A stretch of 64,000 bases of DNA from Octopus vulgaris (GCA_951406725.2 OX597835.1:12772001-12836000), one strand, 5' to 3'; numbered from the stretch's first letter, positions 1-14,430 are shown. Translations and numbers: made by a program. The notes: generated from the sequence alone by a model not told the origin.

Positions 1-91
1 ATATATATATATATATATATACACATACATATATATATGAATGTATATATACATATATATGTATGAATGTATATATATATGTATGTATGTA

Positions 92-159
<68 letters not shown>

Positions 160-161
160 TG

Positions 162-222
<61 letters not shown>
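1..222. repeat. Compound (TA)n/(TATG)n/(TG)n microsatellite
   Basis: Directly visible di- and tetranucleotide runs. Confidence 0.97.
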
Positions 223-225
<3 letters not shown>

Positions 226-240
226 GTGTATATAAATATT

Positions 241-411
241 GGCACAGGAGTGGCTGTGTGGTAATTAGCTTGCTTACCAACCATATGGTTCTGGGTTCAG
301 TCCCACTGCATGGCACCTTGAGCAAGTGTCTTCTACTATAGCCTTGAGCTGACCAATGCCTTGTGAATGGATTTGGTAGATGGAAACTGAAAGAAGCCCA
401 TCGTATATATG

Positions 412-467
<56 letters not shown>

Positions 468-670
468 CTTGTATGTCTGTGTTTGTCCCCCCAACATCGC
501 TTGACAACTGATGGTTGTGTGTTTACATCCCCATAACTTAGCAGTTTGGCAAAAGAGAGAGATAGGATAAGCACTAGGTTTAGAAAGAATAAGTCCTGGG
601 ATCGATTTGCTTGATTAAAGGTGGTGCTCCAGCATGGCTGCATTCAAATGACAGAAACAAGTAAAAGAGT
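241..670 (+). mobile_element. tRNA-derived SINE, family A (near full length, internal TA/TG microsatellite)
   Basis: Head GGCACAGGAGTGGCTGTGTGGTAA (A-box-like) and GGTTCAGTCCC (B-box-like); internal (TG)n; 3' end ...GAAACAAGTAAAAGAG. More than 15 related copies in the window. Confidence 0.9.
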
Positions 671-944
671 ACAGCGTATCGGTTTCAAATTTTGGCACAA
701 GGCCAGTAATTTCAGGGAGATGGGGGGAGTAGATTACATGAACTCCAGTATAGAACTGGTATCAACCTCTTGACATTTTTGTAAGCCTGGTACTTACTCC
801 ATCGATCACTTCTGCTGAACTGTTAAGTTACGAGTACATAAACACAGCAACACTGGTTGTCTAGCAGTGGAGGTGGGGTGGGACAACCACAGACACACAC
901 ACTACACACACACAGATACACACACAGACACATACACACACATA

Positions 945-1200
945 TCCTCCATCCGATTGCGCTCAAATTTGATATGTAGATACTGACGGTATCAGGGCAT
1001 GTATAAGTCTTGAAAAAATTACAAAAATCGATTCCAGGTGAGAATGTGATCGATAAAGCCATGGAAACGTGAATTTGTATGCACAAGTATATCAGCTGTT
1101 GCAATCGATACTACATGTATGCGAGAAAATTGCATGTGCAGTTTGCACAAAAAAAGCCGGCTGGCTTGAAATAATGCCACAAAATGCAGTATATTTAAGA
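945..1200 (+). mobile_element. Possible Helitron-like non-autonomous fragment
   Basis: CCGATTGCGCTCAAATTTGATATG resembles 5' internal motifs of invertebrate non-autonomous Helitrons; no termini visible. Confidence 0.25.
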
Positions 1201-1534
1201 GACCAAAAAGGTAAGATGCAAAAGAGATATTTTCTTCAAACTTGGCATGAAGGAAGGAAAGACTATTTGGTTTCTCAAGAAGTGTTTTTTTGCCTTAACT
1301 TCGTTTAACAAAACCAAAAATTTTATTGAAATAAAGGCATGCTTAATTATGTTTTAATGAAAAGAAAACACTGATTGCTTTTTATTCAGCGGATATGATT
1401 CAGCACCGTCCATTGGACGGGGGCAGGTGTTTTGCTCGTATATATGAAAATACATCGTATGGCTTTTATTATTCATGTGAACCAGTGGTAATAAATTATT
1501 CTAATTTTTACCCTTATGATATATATATATATAC

Positions 1535-1832
1535 ATCATCATTATCATCATCATCATTTAGCATCCACTTTCCATGCTAGCATGGGTTGGACGGTTCAAC
1601 TGGGGTCTGGGAAGCCAGAAGGCTGCACCAGGCCCAGTCTGATCTGGCAATGTTTCTATGGCTGGATGCCCTTCCTAACGCCAACCACTCCGTGAGTGTA
1701 GTGGGTGCTTTTACGAGCCACCGGCATAGGTGCCAGACGAGGCTGGCAAACGGCCACGGTCGGATGGTGCTTTTTACATGCCACCAGCATGAGGCCAGTC
1801 GGGACGGCGCTGGCAACGGCCACGTTCGGATG
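1535..1832 (-). mobile_element. SINE-like family B ((GAT)n-tailed) 3' part
   Basis: (CAT)n followed by TTTCCATGCTAGCATGGGTTGGACGG...GGATGCCCTTCCTAACGCCAACCACTC; repeated many times in the window. Confidence 0.85.
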
Positions 1833-2659
1833 ATTTTCTTAACATATACATATATGTATATATAGTTATAGCTTTGTTTCAAAACACATAGACAGCATAG
1901 AAGTGCTCAAGTTGAACCTGAGGCGATAGATAAGTATAATGGATACGAGAGTAAAAGTTCAAATCACGCAAACTACGGTTAACACATATATATATATATA
2001 TATATCTGTTTAATTAAGATAAAAATAAGAACTGTCCAAGCTGGAATATATATTGATGTATTAGAGATATAAAAACATGTGATACTAAAAATATACATGG
2101 ACATATATGGATATATATATATATATAATGGTGGTGCCCCAGCATGACCACAGCGCGTGAGTTGAAAATAGATAAAATGAAAAAAAAATGAAATATAAAT
2201 ATATGTATATATACACATAATAATAATGGAATATAGATAAAAACGTTTTTTTTTTTAAATTGAAAATATGGTATAGAAAAAATGATAGGCATTAAAAAGA
2301 GTTTGGGGTTACACGATAGAAGAAAATAAAGCATTCCAACGATCGTTTCTGGGGTTCATTCGTACAAAGACACACAACACATATACACAAAACACACACA
2401 CACATATATATATATATACACACACATTTTATACAAATATATATGTATGTAAACACACATTTACATATCTTCATACACATACACACACAACACATGCACA
2501 CAATACACATACACACATGCATATAGATATACATACATACATGCATATATACATAAATACACAAAACACACACAAACATGTATAGCTTACTTTATATTCG
2601 CATGACAAAAAGGAGGAAGAGACAGAGGCAGAGTGTGGTCAGAGAATGGAAGTTCTTAT

Positions 2660-2985
2660 GATGATGACAAATAAGATTGATGACAATAGGGATGAAGTTG
2701 CTGCTGCTGCTGCTGCTGCTGCGGCTACTGCTGCTGCTGCTGGTGATTGTGATAAAGGTGGTTGTGGTGCGGATGTTGGTGGTGGTGATGAGGTTAGTGA
2801 TGGTCGACAACTTTGATGGCAAAAGATTGAAAATGATGAAGAATGTGATGACGAAGATAGTGATGGTGATGAAGACGATGACGATGAGGATGGTGGTGAT
2901 GGTGGTGGAGGCAACGAAAATGTGATGGTGATGATGATGAGGCTGATAACGAAGGTGACAATGGTGGAAACGGCAACAACAATGA
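2660..2985. repeat. GAT/GGT/GCT trinucleotide low-complexity tract
   Basis: Visible degenerate trinucleotide repeats. Confidence 0.85.
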
Positions 2986-3725
2986 TACCAACAATTTAGC
3001 ATGAAATATCGAAGATCTTTGGTAGGAACACAATAATGGAACTAGTCCATTCCCCAGGAGCAATTTGAGTCAATGGAATCTATTAAGAACTGATTTTTCA
3101 TATTTCGGGCACCATCTTGACATCTACTTCATTTTTGTCAAAGTATAGCTCTCTTCGCATACATATATCTACCTGCATGTGTATCTGCATATGTGTATAA
3201 GCATTTCTCTATATATACACACACATCTTTCTACTTAAGTACACACATGTATTTGTCCGTGTGCATGTGTCGATAAAAATCCGCACTTCTGATTTCACTC
3301 CAGAATATGCCTATATTGAATATGGCTTCCCGTACAGCTTTAATATATTTATTTAGATAAAAGTTTGCTAAGAAATAATATTAAAGCAACACACATCACT
3401 GCGAGATAGTCTTCATCAAAACACCTGCTTCTACGACAATATCTATCAACTACTTTCTTATATATCTTTTGAAACTGTTATCTCTTTGTTGTGGCAGATA
3501 ATCAGCGAAGGAATAATAAGAGAGTGCTACCGTTTTCCATTATGGTCTTATCACTGCTGGAACTAACAACTGTCTCAAACAACTGCGTCTTCAGATATTT
3601 CACAAGACATTCAGCAATGACTCTCTCCACAGACTTTGCTTTATTCGGTTGCTTTCTTCTCGTATAGAATGCTGCGGATTTATTTTACGTCATGAGTGTT
3701 GGTATGGGCGCAGGTATATTATAGA

Positions 3726-3885
3726 TGCAGGTGTGGCTGTGTGGTAAGAAGCTTGCTTCCCAACCACATGGTTTCAGGTTCAGTTCCACAGCATGGCACC
3801 GTGGGTAAGTGTCTTCTTCTATAGCCTCAGGCTGCCCAATCCTTGTGAGTTGATTTGGTAGACAGAAACTGAAAGAAGCCTGTTA
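3726..3885 (+). mobile_element. SINE family A, 5' half
   Basis: Family A head through GAAACTGAAAGAAGCC, then a (TA)n run to about 3983. Confidence 0.85.
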
Positions 3886-3890
3886 CATAA

Positions 3891-3984
<94 letters not shown>

Positions 3985-4194
3985 TGGTATTCTAAAAAGC
4001 AATCACTTCATAGAAACCTTTCAAAACAATGTGAATAACTAATAACAGGGTAATCTGAATTCTAAAGGATTAAAGAGATATCATATTTAAAGGCCCTGTA
4101 AAGGGGTTTTAAATATGAGGTCCCTTAGATGAGATATGCACCATGAACAGTAAACAAGGTATTAATTTGAGATATGTCATATGTAAAGACACTG

Positions 4195-4518
4195 CAGCAC
4201 TCTGCTGGCTATGATGGTGAGGGTTCCAGTTGGTCCGATCAATGGAATGGCCAGCTTGTGAAATTAATGCGCAAGTGGCTGAGTATTCCACAGACACGTG
4301 TACCCTTAATGTAGTTCTCAGGGAGATTTATTATAACACAGAATGTGACAAGGCTGGCCCCTTTGAAATACAGGTACAACTCATTTTTGCCAGCTGAGTG
4401 AACTGGAGCAACGTGAAATAAAGTGTCTTGCCCAAGGATACACGCGCCACCAGGAATTGAACTCATGATCTCACAGTTGTGATCTGAATATCCTAACCAC
4501 TGAGCCATGCACCTTCAC
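4195..4518 (-). mobile_element. tRNA-derived SINE family D with 10-bp TSD
   Basis: Minus-strand head GTGAAGGTGCATGGCTCAGTGGTTAGG...GAGTTCAATTCC; flanked by AAAGACACTG at 4185-4194 and 4519-4528; similar copy at 57248-57570. Confidence 0.85.
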
Positions 4519-4618
4519 AAAGACACTGTAAAAGAGTCTTAAGTAAGATGCGTCTTATCTATGGTAAAAGGTATTAATTAAAGATGTGTCATATTCAGAG
4601 ATGTTACGAATTTGGATT

Positions 4619-4784
4619 AGGCGTACGAGTGGCTGTGTGGTAAGTAGCTTGCTTACGAACCACATGATTCCGGGTTCAGTCCCACTGCGTGACACCTTGG
4701 GCAAGTTTGTTCTACTATAGCCTCGGGCCAACCAAAACATTGTGAGTGGATTTGGTAGACGGAAACTGAAAGAAGCCTGTGCTA

Positions 4785-4842
<58 letters not shown>

Positions 4843-5049
4843 TATATATCATCATCATCATCATTTAGCGTCCGCTTTCCATGCTAGCATGGGTTGGACG
4901 AGTCAACTGGGGTCTGTGAAGCTGGAAGGCTTCGTCAGGCCCAGTCAGATCTGGCAGTGTTTCTACGGCTGGATGCCCTTCCTAACGCCAACCACTCCGC
5001 GAGTGTAGTGGGTGTTTTTACGTGCCACCTGCACAGGTGCCAGACAGAG

Positions 5050-5099
<50 letters not shown>

Positions 5100-5320
5100 G
5101 TGTGTGTATATGTTTGTGTGTCTGTTTTTGTCCTCCCACTATCTCTTGACAACCGATGTTGGTGTGTTTACGTTCCTGTAACTTAGCATTTTGACAAAGG
5201 ACACCGATAGAATGAGTACTAGGCTTACAAAGAATAAGTCCTGGGGCGATTTGCTCAACTACAAGCGGTGCTCCAGCATGGCCACAGTCAAATGACTGAC
5301 ACAAGTAAAAGAGTAAAAGA
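4619..5320 (+). mobile_element. SINE family A interrupted by a family B copy (4848-5046, minus) inside its microsatellite
   Basis: 5' half 4619-4780 and 3' half about 5098-5320, with a family B fragment between (TA)n runs. Confidence 0.85.
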
Positions 5321-5701
5321 ATAGATAAGCCGTGTCTAAGAAGAGATATGCGTTCTCAACTGTGAAAGAGGTATTAATTCAAGATGTGTCATATTTAAAG
5401 ATTCCGTGAAATAGCATTAAATCATTGTCTGCTTTATTTAACTATTCAGTATTAAAGAAGATATATAAGAAATAAAATTTAAGTACGAACAGCAGCGTAG
5501 GAGTTATTAATGGCTGCAGGGGTGGGTGGGGTTTGTTGCATTCCATTTAAGGACACACAGATGAAAGAGAAGATAAGAACAAACAGGGTGAGTAGGGAGT
5601 GGTAGGTAGGAGTGGTGGGTCCCGATAGCTTATCTATTTGTCCATCCACAGTTTTCTTCACTTCAACATTTGAAATACTTAGGTTTCCAACCAACCAGAA
5701 T

Positions 5702-5821
5702 CTTCCACAACCATCTCTAAACCATTCTTCATACATACATACACACACACAAACACATGGACTTCCACAACCATCTCTAAACCATTCTTCATACATACAT
5801 ACACACACACAAACACATGGA
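5702..5821. repeat. Perfect 60-bp tandem duplication (2 copies)
   Basis: CTTCCACAACCATCTCTAAACC...AAACACATGGA at 5702-5761 and 5762-5821. Confidence 0.95.
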
Positions 5822-6817
5822 TTCCATGCTTTTCCATAATTACAAAATCAATACAGCCTTTTAAGTAAGACAATATTCTATGGATCGGCATTACCATAAT
5901 TTACTCAATCACATCTCATAATGTAGATATGTTGTCTCACCGTTTCCTAGGAAACCTGTATCGGGTAAAATACCCAACACCAAATCCAATACGTTTCAAC
6001 TGCTTTCCGTTCTGTTGCAGCGTTGCAGTCTTTTATTTTGCTTTTGATATGGTTAAGCCAGGATTACTTAGTAAATATATGAGCTTTATAATGTCTGGCT
6101 TATAATGTGTATTATCTATGATGGTGGGATTTAATGTAAAGCTTAAAACAAAGCAAAGATCAAGATCAGCTTTTAGATTAGCTGGTCTATGAGGTAATAT
6201 ATTGGCGAAGCAATATACAGTGTCGTTTTGGATATTCTTGCTAGTGACAGCTTCAATCGAGGAATCATACAGCCATTAAATGATTGTTTGGTTTGCTAAA
6301 AACAGCAGCTAGATCTTTTTTGAATCATCGCTGAGGAAGTGACAAGGGGCCAGGCGAGGTAGTGATTTTCTGTACTTGATATGATGTGTCAGGCTAAGTA
6401 GAATCCCTATCATCCGTACATACAGGCGTGTCCTTTCAGGTGCTGGTGCCACTCAGGAGGCACCTGTGCCAGTGGCGTATAAAAAGCACCCAGCATACTC
6501 TGTTAAGGGATTGGTGTTAGAAAGGGCACATAGCCATAGAAACCATGCCATACAGAGATTTGGAGTGTGGACAAAACTATATACGTTTACACCCATAGAC
6601 ACAAGTATACAGATACACAGAAATGCATATACACCCACATACACACACAACTGCCCACACATATAGAAACCAGTGGCACAGCTAATAGAAGAGCAAAGGG
6701 AGTTGCTGCCCCTTGTGGGCACATTTTCAAAATTGGTGCCTTTTCAACAATTTTTTCAAGCTCTTTAGTTCACTTGTGCGATAAAAGTTGAATCTTTTTT
6801 TTCCTTTTGTCAACTGC

Positions 6818-7035
6818 ATCATCATCATCATCATCATCATCATCGTTTAGCGTCCGTTTTCCATGCTAGCATGGGTTGGACGGTTCTACTGGGGTCTGTG
6901 AAGCCAGAAGGCTTCATCAGGCCCAGTCTGATCTGGCAGTGTTTCTACGGCTGGATGCCCTTCCTAACGCCAACCACTCCGTGAGTGTAGTGGGTGCTTT
7001 TTACGTGCCACCCGCACATTTACGTGCCACCCGCA
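6818..7035 (-). mobile_element. SINE-like family B 3' part
   Basis: (CAT)n tail plus family B core. Confidence 0.85.
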
Positions 7036-7249
7036 GGCTTTGGAAAAACTTTCTGGAGTCATGTCTTTATTTGGCCAGCCTCCCATGTTTTTAAACTGTC
7101 TTCTCAATCTCCTGTGATGTGTTGGTGGCTGCTAACATCTGAAGAAACAAAGTTCTGGAATCATAACCTCTCAATACTGGATAATCCGGTGGAGTTTCGT
7201 CTTTTCCATGTCATACTCATATCAGTAGATTATGTGTTTCACGCATAAT

Positions 7250-7466
7250 CCTTTCTACTATAGGCACAAAGCCTGGAATTTGGGGAGAATTTTAGCTACA
7301 CAATTACACTGACACCAGTGCATAACAGGTACTTATTTCATTGACCCAGGAAAGATAAAATGCAAAGTCAACTTTGGCAGAGTTTGAACTCAGAATACAA
7401 GGACAGATGAATTGCCATGAAGTATTTTGGCCAGTGTGTTAATGGTTCGGCCAGCTGGCTGCCTTT
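7250..7466 (-). mobile_element. Diverged SINE related to family C
   Basis: GGTACTTATTTCATTGACCC...AAAGTCAAC...TTTGAACTCAGAA matches the reverse complement of the family C core. Confidence 0.7.
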
Positions 7467-7662
7467 CTCCATACATAATTACATCGTTACTGAAACATGA
7501 AATTAATGAATATAGAATACAATCACACATGTTATAACTAATGAAATATTTTGTATAATATCAGAGAAATGAGTTTGAAATTGTTTGGTGTGGGTCATGG
7601 CACCATTTTTTATGTGCTCACTCCTAACTTTAGAACCTGGCTACAGCTCTGATAGAAACAGT

Positions 7663-7680
7663 CATACATACATACATACA

Positions 7681-7711
<31 letters not shown>

Positions 7712-8446
7712 GCATACATACATGCATACATACATATGCATACATACATACATACATACATACGTACATACATACATACATACATACATACGTACATACA
7801 TACATACATACATACATACATACATACATACATACATACATACATACATACATACGTACATACATACATACGTACATACATACTACACACACATACAAAC
7901 ATAAACACACATACATACACACACATACCTACACACATACATATACACATCATACATACATACATACATACATACATACACATACAAACATAAACACACA
8001 TACATACATACACATACATACATACATACATACATACACACTTCATACATACATACACACATACATACATACATACATACATACATACATTCATACATAC
8101 ACACATTATACATACATACATACACACATTATACATACATACATACACACATACATACATATGTACATACATACACATACATACACATATACATATACAT
8201 ATACACAAACATACATACATACACACATACACACATTCATACATACACAGATATATATACAGACACATACTTCACACATGCACATACACACACAAACATT
8301 CATAGACATACAGATACAGGTCTACATATGCATAAATGCTCAGATACACACGCATACATAGCCATATATACATAGATATTCATGTTTGTATATATAACAC
8401 ACAAACGCACACACATATAGACACATGCACTCACAAACACATGCAT

Positions 8447-8478
<32 letters not shown>

Positions 8479-8483
8479 ACACA
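7663..8483. repeat. (CATA)n/(CA)n microsatellite block
   Basis: Visible; source of the HTYI/YVCM pseudo-ORFs. Confidence 0.97.
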
Positions 8484-8569
8484 CCTGTTATTGACTAATG
8501 GCATGTTACATTAGTTACGGTTGCTTGTCCATCACAAAATAATTTATTGCAATATTGCAACAAGTTTCT

Positions 8570-9178
8570 CATCTTCATCACCAGTATATCATCACCATCA
8601 CCATCACCATTACTATCATCATCATCATCATTATCATCCTTATCATTATCATCGTAGTCGTGATCATAATTGTCATGATTGTCATTTACCATTGTCGTCA
8701 TCATCATCACTATCGTCACCAATGAAATCATCAACATCATCATCACCATCATTATCCTCCTCTTTCTCCTCTTCATCCTCCTCTTCCTCATCATCACAAC
8801 GATGACGACGACGACGACTACCACTACTACCACTACCACCACCATCCTCATCATCACCACCACCGCCACCACTAACATTATCATAGCCACCATCACCACC
8901 ACCACCACCACTATCGTCGTCCTCCACCTCCTCCACCTCCTCATCATACTGATTGCTGACATCATCATCATCATCATCATCATAATTATCATTTGCCATT
9001 GTCATCATCATCATCGCCACCACCACAGCCATCACAATCCTCCTCCCTTCCCCCTCCTCCTCCTCCTTATCATCATCATTATCATCAATCGTCACCACCA
9101 ACACTGCCGTCCTCACCACCACTGCCGTCCTCACCATTATCATCATCCTTATCCTCTTCCTGCTCCTCCACCTCATCT
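8570..9178. repeat. CAT/CAC/CCT trinucleotide low-complexity block
   Basis: Visible. Confidence 0.9.
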
Positions 9179-9954
9179 GCTATCTTAGAGAATACGCACA
9201 GCATAGCTCTAATAACCCAGATGTCAAAGTTCCTGACATCTGTGTACTCTAGAACCATCGTTAATACAAGAAGGTATGTTATCCGGGAGAGTACACAGCA
9301 TTAGTCGTTACACTCCAGATCTAATACTTGTTAGAATCTGAGTACTTTAACCATTCCATTACTGAAGAACTATTTCTTTGAGAAAAGAAGCAAAAAAAAA
9401 AAAGAAAAGAGAAAACAAAAAAAACATTAAGTTAGTTGAAACCTTTAATTCTCATTTATCAATTTTCTACAAAGAAACAAATATTCTTTGTGATTCTTTG
9501 TCAGTTTAGAAGCCTTATTGAAGTTGAAGCGAGAAGCAGGGAAATTGTACAGACAATATGTAACGAGCTAATAACTTAGCAAACCTTTAATATTTCTTTC
9601 TTATGTTTTTTTAATATTTTGTTGCTACTGTTGTTGTTGTTATTGCTGTTGTTTAGAGAGATTTTTGAGATGTATATGACAATAGATAATGATTTTTTTT
9701 TCTTCTTTCTCTTTGAAATTCTTGCAAGTATTGTTTTCTAAGGAATAATGGTATTACAGATTTTTTTGGCTTTTTTTTTCTTTTGTAGGAGGGAGGAGAA
9801 GAATTTGTTGTGATTATGGCATGTAGAAGAATGAAGGTGGGAAATTTGTTGAAGAAAAGAATTGGTAATTTGGATTTTGCTGTAGGATTAGTGAGGAAAG
9901 ACACTATTTTCTGACCCTGGCTCTAGATATGAGGTGAGGAATATTGCATAGAAT

Positions 9955-10189
9955 AAGGGAGGAGAGCTGGCAGAAACACTAGCATACTGGCCAAAATGCT
10001 TAGCGATATTTCGTCTATCTTTACATTCTCAGTTCAAATTCCGCCGAGGTCGACTTTGCCTTTCATTCTTTCAGGGTTGATAAATTAAGTACCAGTTACA
10101 CACTGGGGTTGATGCAATCGACTTAATTCCTTTGTCTGTCCTTGTTTGTCCTTTCTATGTTTATCTCCTTGTGGCCAATAAAGAAATAA
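9955..10189 (+). mobile_element. tRNA-derived SINE family C, full length, 16-bp TSD
   Basis: Head GGAGAGCTGGCAGAA...GTTCAAATTCC; central GACTTTGCCTTTCATTCTTTCAGGGTTGATAAATTAAGTACC resembles the MetaSINE-type central domain (from memory). TSD GAATATTGCAT(A/C)GAAT at 9939-9954 and 10190-10205. Confidence 0.88.
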
Positions 10190-10212
10190 GAATATTGCAT
10201 CGAATTGAGTGA

Positions 10213-10550
10213 TTGGTAAGAAGCTTGCTTCCCAACCAAATGGTTCCAGGCTCAGTCTCACTGTGTGGCACCTTGGGCAAGTGTCTTCTACTATAGCCTT
10301 GGACCGACCAAAGCCTTGTGAGGGGATTTGGTAGACAGAAACTGAAAGATGTTTGTCGTATATATATATATATGTTTGTAGGTCTGTGTTTGTCCACTCC
10401 ACCATCGTTTGACAACTGATGTTTGTGTATTTATGTCCTCCGTAACTTAGTGATACTAGGTTTACAAAGAACAAGTCCTGGGGTTGAATTTTTTGACTAA
10501 AGGCAGTGCTCCAGCATGGCCACAGTCAAATGACTGAAACTAGTAAAAGA
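10213..10550 (+). mobile_element. SINE family A (5'-clipped)
   Basis: Family A body and 3' end. Confidence 0.85.
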
Positions 10551-10555
10551 ATAAT

Positions 10556-10801
10556 CAATGGTCCTCCACTGGGGTCCATGTGGCACTCCGGGGTTCACAT
10601 GGCCCTTGGGGGTTCACATGGCCTTCAGGGGTTCACATGGCCCTTGTGGGGTCCACATAAGATTTTGACAATTCCTAATAATATTTAATTCTAAACATAT
10701 AATAATAGGATTTTTGAAAACCTTGAATTACTATGAGGTTCCACCTGAGTAAAAGAGAAATTGAAGGGGTCGATAAGCAAAAAAATGGTTGAGAATCACT
10801 G
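10556..10801. mobile_element. hAT-like MITE remnant with internal ~20-bp repeats
   Basis: Ends in GGTTGAGAATCACTG (reverse complement of a CAGTG.TTCTCAACC hAT-type terminus); GGGGTTCACATGGCC repeated about 4 times. Confidence 0.55.
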
Positions 10802-10898
10802 TTTTAGATAAAGATATACACTCTCTCCCCCTTTTAGGATATTCAGTAAAGAACATCCAACTATCCATTCATCAATCCATTCATTCAACCATCAAGAT

Positions 10899-10923
10899 AT
10901 CTATCTATCTGTCTGTCTGTCTA

Positions 10924-11006
<83 letters not shown>

Positions 11007-11204
11007 ATCTAACTGTCTATCTATCTATCTGTCTATCTATCTATCTTTCTGTCTGTCTGTCTATCTATTTATCCACCAATTCATCCATCCATCCATCCAT
11101 TTATCTATCTATCTGTTTGTCTGTCTGTCTATCCATACAACCATCCATGCATCCATGCATGCATCCATCCATCCATCCATTCATCCATCCATCCATCCAT
11201 CCAT

Positions 11205-11235
<31 letters not shown>

Positions 11236-11240
11236 ACCAG
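10899..11240. repeat. (TCTA)/(TCTG)/(CCAT)/(CCAG) tetranucleotide block
   Basis: Visible. Confidence 0.95.
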
Positions 11241-11646
11241 CCATGTTTCCCTTTCCTCTACCTATTATTCCTGAAAAGGATAGTGGAGAGTAGTGACCTC
11301 ATCCCATCAGAAGAAACCATTATTATATTCCAAAGTGTGACCAATTAAAAATCCAGATATTATCCAATCATCACATTCATGGTTTAACCCTAGGTCTCCT
11401 GTGGTTGGCTCAGAATCACTCCAGCAATTCTTTCCTATCACATTCTAATCACGTGTCCATTGTACCTGAGTTGTGACACCCTCAATGCTGAGGAAGCAGG
11501 GGCTCGACCGAGAGAGACTCCCTGACCTTCAAGCTATGAACCCTGTGAAGTAATGTTGCTCCAAAGATCTTTTGAAGGAACTCTGTATTGGCTAATGGTA
11601 TTTGTGATTGTACTGTTTCAGTCATTGCCCAGCATTGATCTAAGGG

Positions 11647-12482
<836 letters not shown>

Positions 12483-12605
12483 TTAGATTTCTTCATGTGT
12501 GAAATACAGCAGTGATTTGTGATGCCAATGAAATAGGCAGAAGAATGCAAAGATCATTCATTTCAGATTTTGACAACCTAGAACAATCAGATATTAGAAT
12601 TCATT

Positions 12606-13296
12606 TTAACCCTTTTGTTACCATATTCCTGCTGAAATACAGTCTTTGGCTCAACCAATTTTAAAAATAATGAAGAATTCAGTAAAATAACTTCTTATCA
12701 ACTTTGAGCTGGTGTTAGGAACATGGCTCAGTGGTTAGAGCGTCGGGCTCACAATCATGAGATAGTGAGTTCAATTCCTGGACCGGGCTCTGTGTTGTGT
12801 TCTTGAGCAAGACACTTTATTTCACATTGCTCCAGTTCACTGATCTATAGAAATGAGTTGTGTCATCACTGGTGCCAAGCTGTATCGGCCCCTTTGCCTT
12901 TCCCTTGGACAACATCAGTGGCATGAAGATGGGAAGCTGGTATGTGAAGGTGATTGCTGGTCTTCCATAAAAACCTTGCCCGGACTTGTGCCTCAGAGAG
13001 TAACTTTCTAAGTCCAATCCCATCGTCATTCATGACTGAAGGGGCCTTTACTCTTCACCCTAGGAACATAAATGAACATGAAAATTTGATAGGTTTTGAT
13101 TTTGATCACTTTAATCCTTTTGTTACCATATTTCGATCGAAATACATAGTCTTTGTTTCAATCAATTTCAAAGAATTTAGCAAGACAATTTTGGTTGATA
13201 ACATGAAATTTTATATGAAGGGTTTTCGTTAGATCCCCTTAAAGCAACAAGTTTGTTTCAAAGAACCGGAAGAGGTCTGTCTTTCATGCGGGTTGA
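12606..13296 (+). mobile_element. Two TTAACCCTT-initiated (piggyBac-like) MITE units, the first interrupted by a family D-type SINE (about 12722-13060)
   Basis: Units start at TTAA 12606 and 13111 and match 34469-35117; SINE flanked by TAGGAACAT at 12716-12724 and 13061-13069. Confidence 0.65.
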
Positions 13297-13879
13297 TATC
13301 AAGAATGTGGAACCATTTTCTTACCATACTTCACTTGCAATGCCTTTGGTTTAATTAATTTTGATGATGATGATGATGATGTGGAGGAGGAGGAGGAAGA
13401 GGAAGAGGATGTTATTGCTAGTGTTGATGATGATGATGATGAGGATGATGTTAATGGTGGTGGTGGTGGTGGTGGTGGTGATGACAATCATGTTACGCGT
13501 GCGTGACCCCCACCATCAACTTTGTATTTAACTAGAGAGATCCCTTCCCGGGGTTATTTTTCTTTCCCTTCCTTCATATTGTTGATCTCATAGTTTTAGG
13601 GTTAGTTTGTCACAACAGCCGTGACCCCACACAGCAGCATCATCATCATCATCATCATCATCAACAACATCAACAACAGTATAGGCTGACAATATCAATT
13701 ACTGTTAATAGATGTAGATTGTAGAATAGGAAAGAGAAAATATTTGTTTTAAGAAGGAACTTTGTTGAGAAAATATAGGAAAGAAACAAGAAGAAGAAGA
13801 AGAAAAAAGGAAAAGAAAGGAAAATATTTAATTTTGAAAAAAAGACAAATATTAAGAGCTTGAAAGAAAGAAATATGGA

Positions 13880-14430
13880 CACACACACACACACACACAT
13901 ACATATACACACACATACATACATCCACATATCACACACACATACACACACATATACACACATACACATGCATACACACACATATACACACACACATATA
14001 CACACATCCATACATACACATATCACACACATACACACACACATATACACACACACATATAAACACATATCACACACATACACTCACATACACACACTCA
14101 TACACACACACATACATATATATATACAGACATGTACACACATACATACACATATACATACACACACACAACCACACATACACATATCACACACATACAC
14201 ACACATATACACACACACATATATAAACACATGCATACACCCACATACACACACATGCATACACATATACACACATACACACACACACACAAATACACAC
14301 ATGCACACACACACATACACACACACTGACACCCACCCAAAATAAGGAAAATGGTAATAAAAAATATATATTGAATGAATAACTTGAGATGTTATTTTAA
14401 TAAGTCTTGTTGTTGTTGTCACGGTTGTCA

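Noticed and set aside
1587-1865. Recurrent MDGSTGVWEARRLHQAQSDLA... ORF family
   Set aside because: Antisense translation of SINE family B, with a non-ATG start and variable stops.
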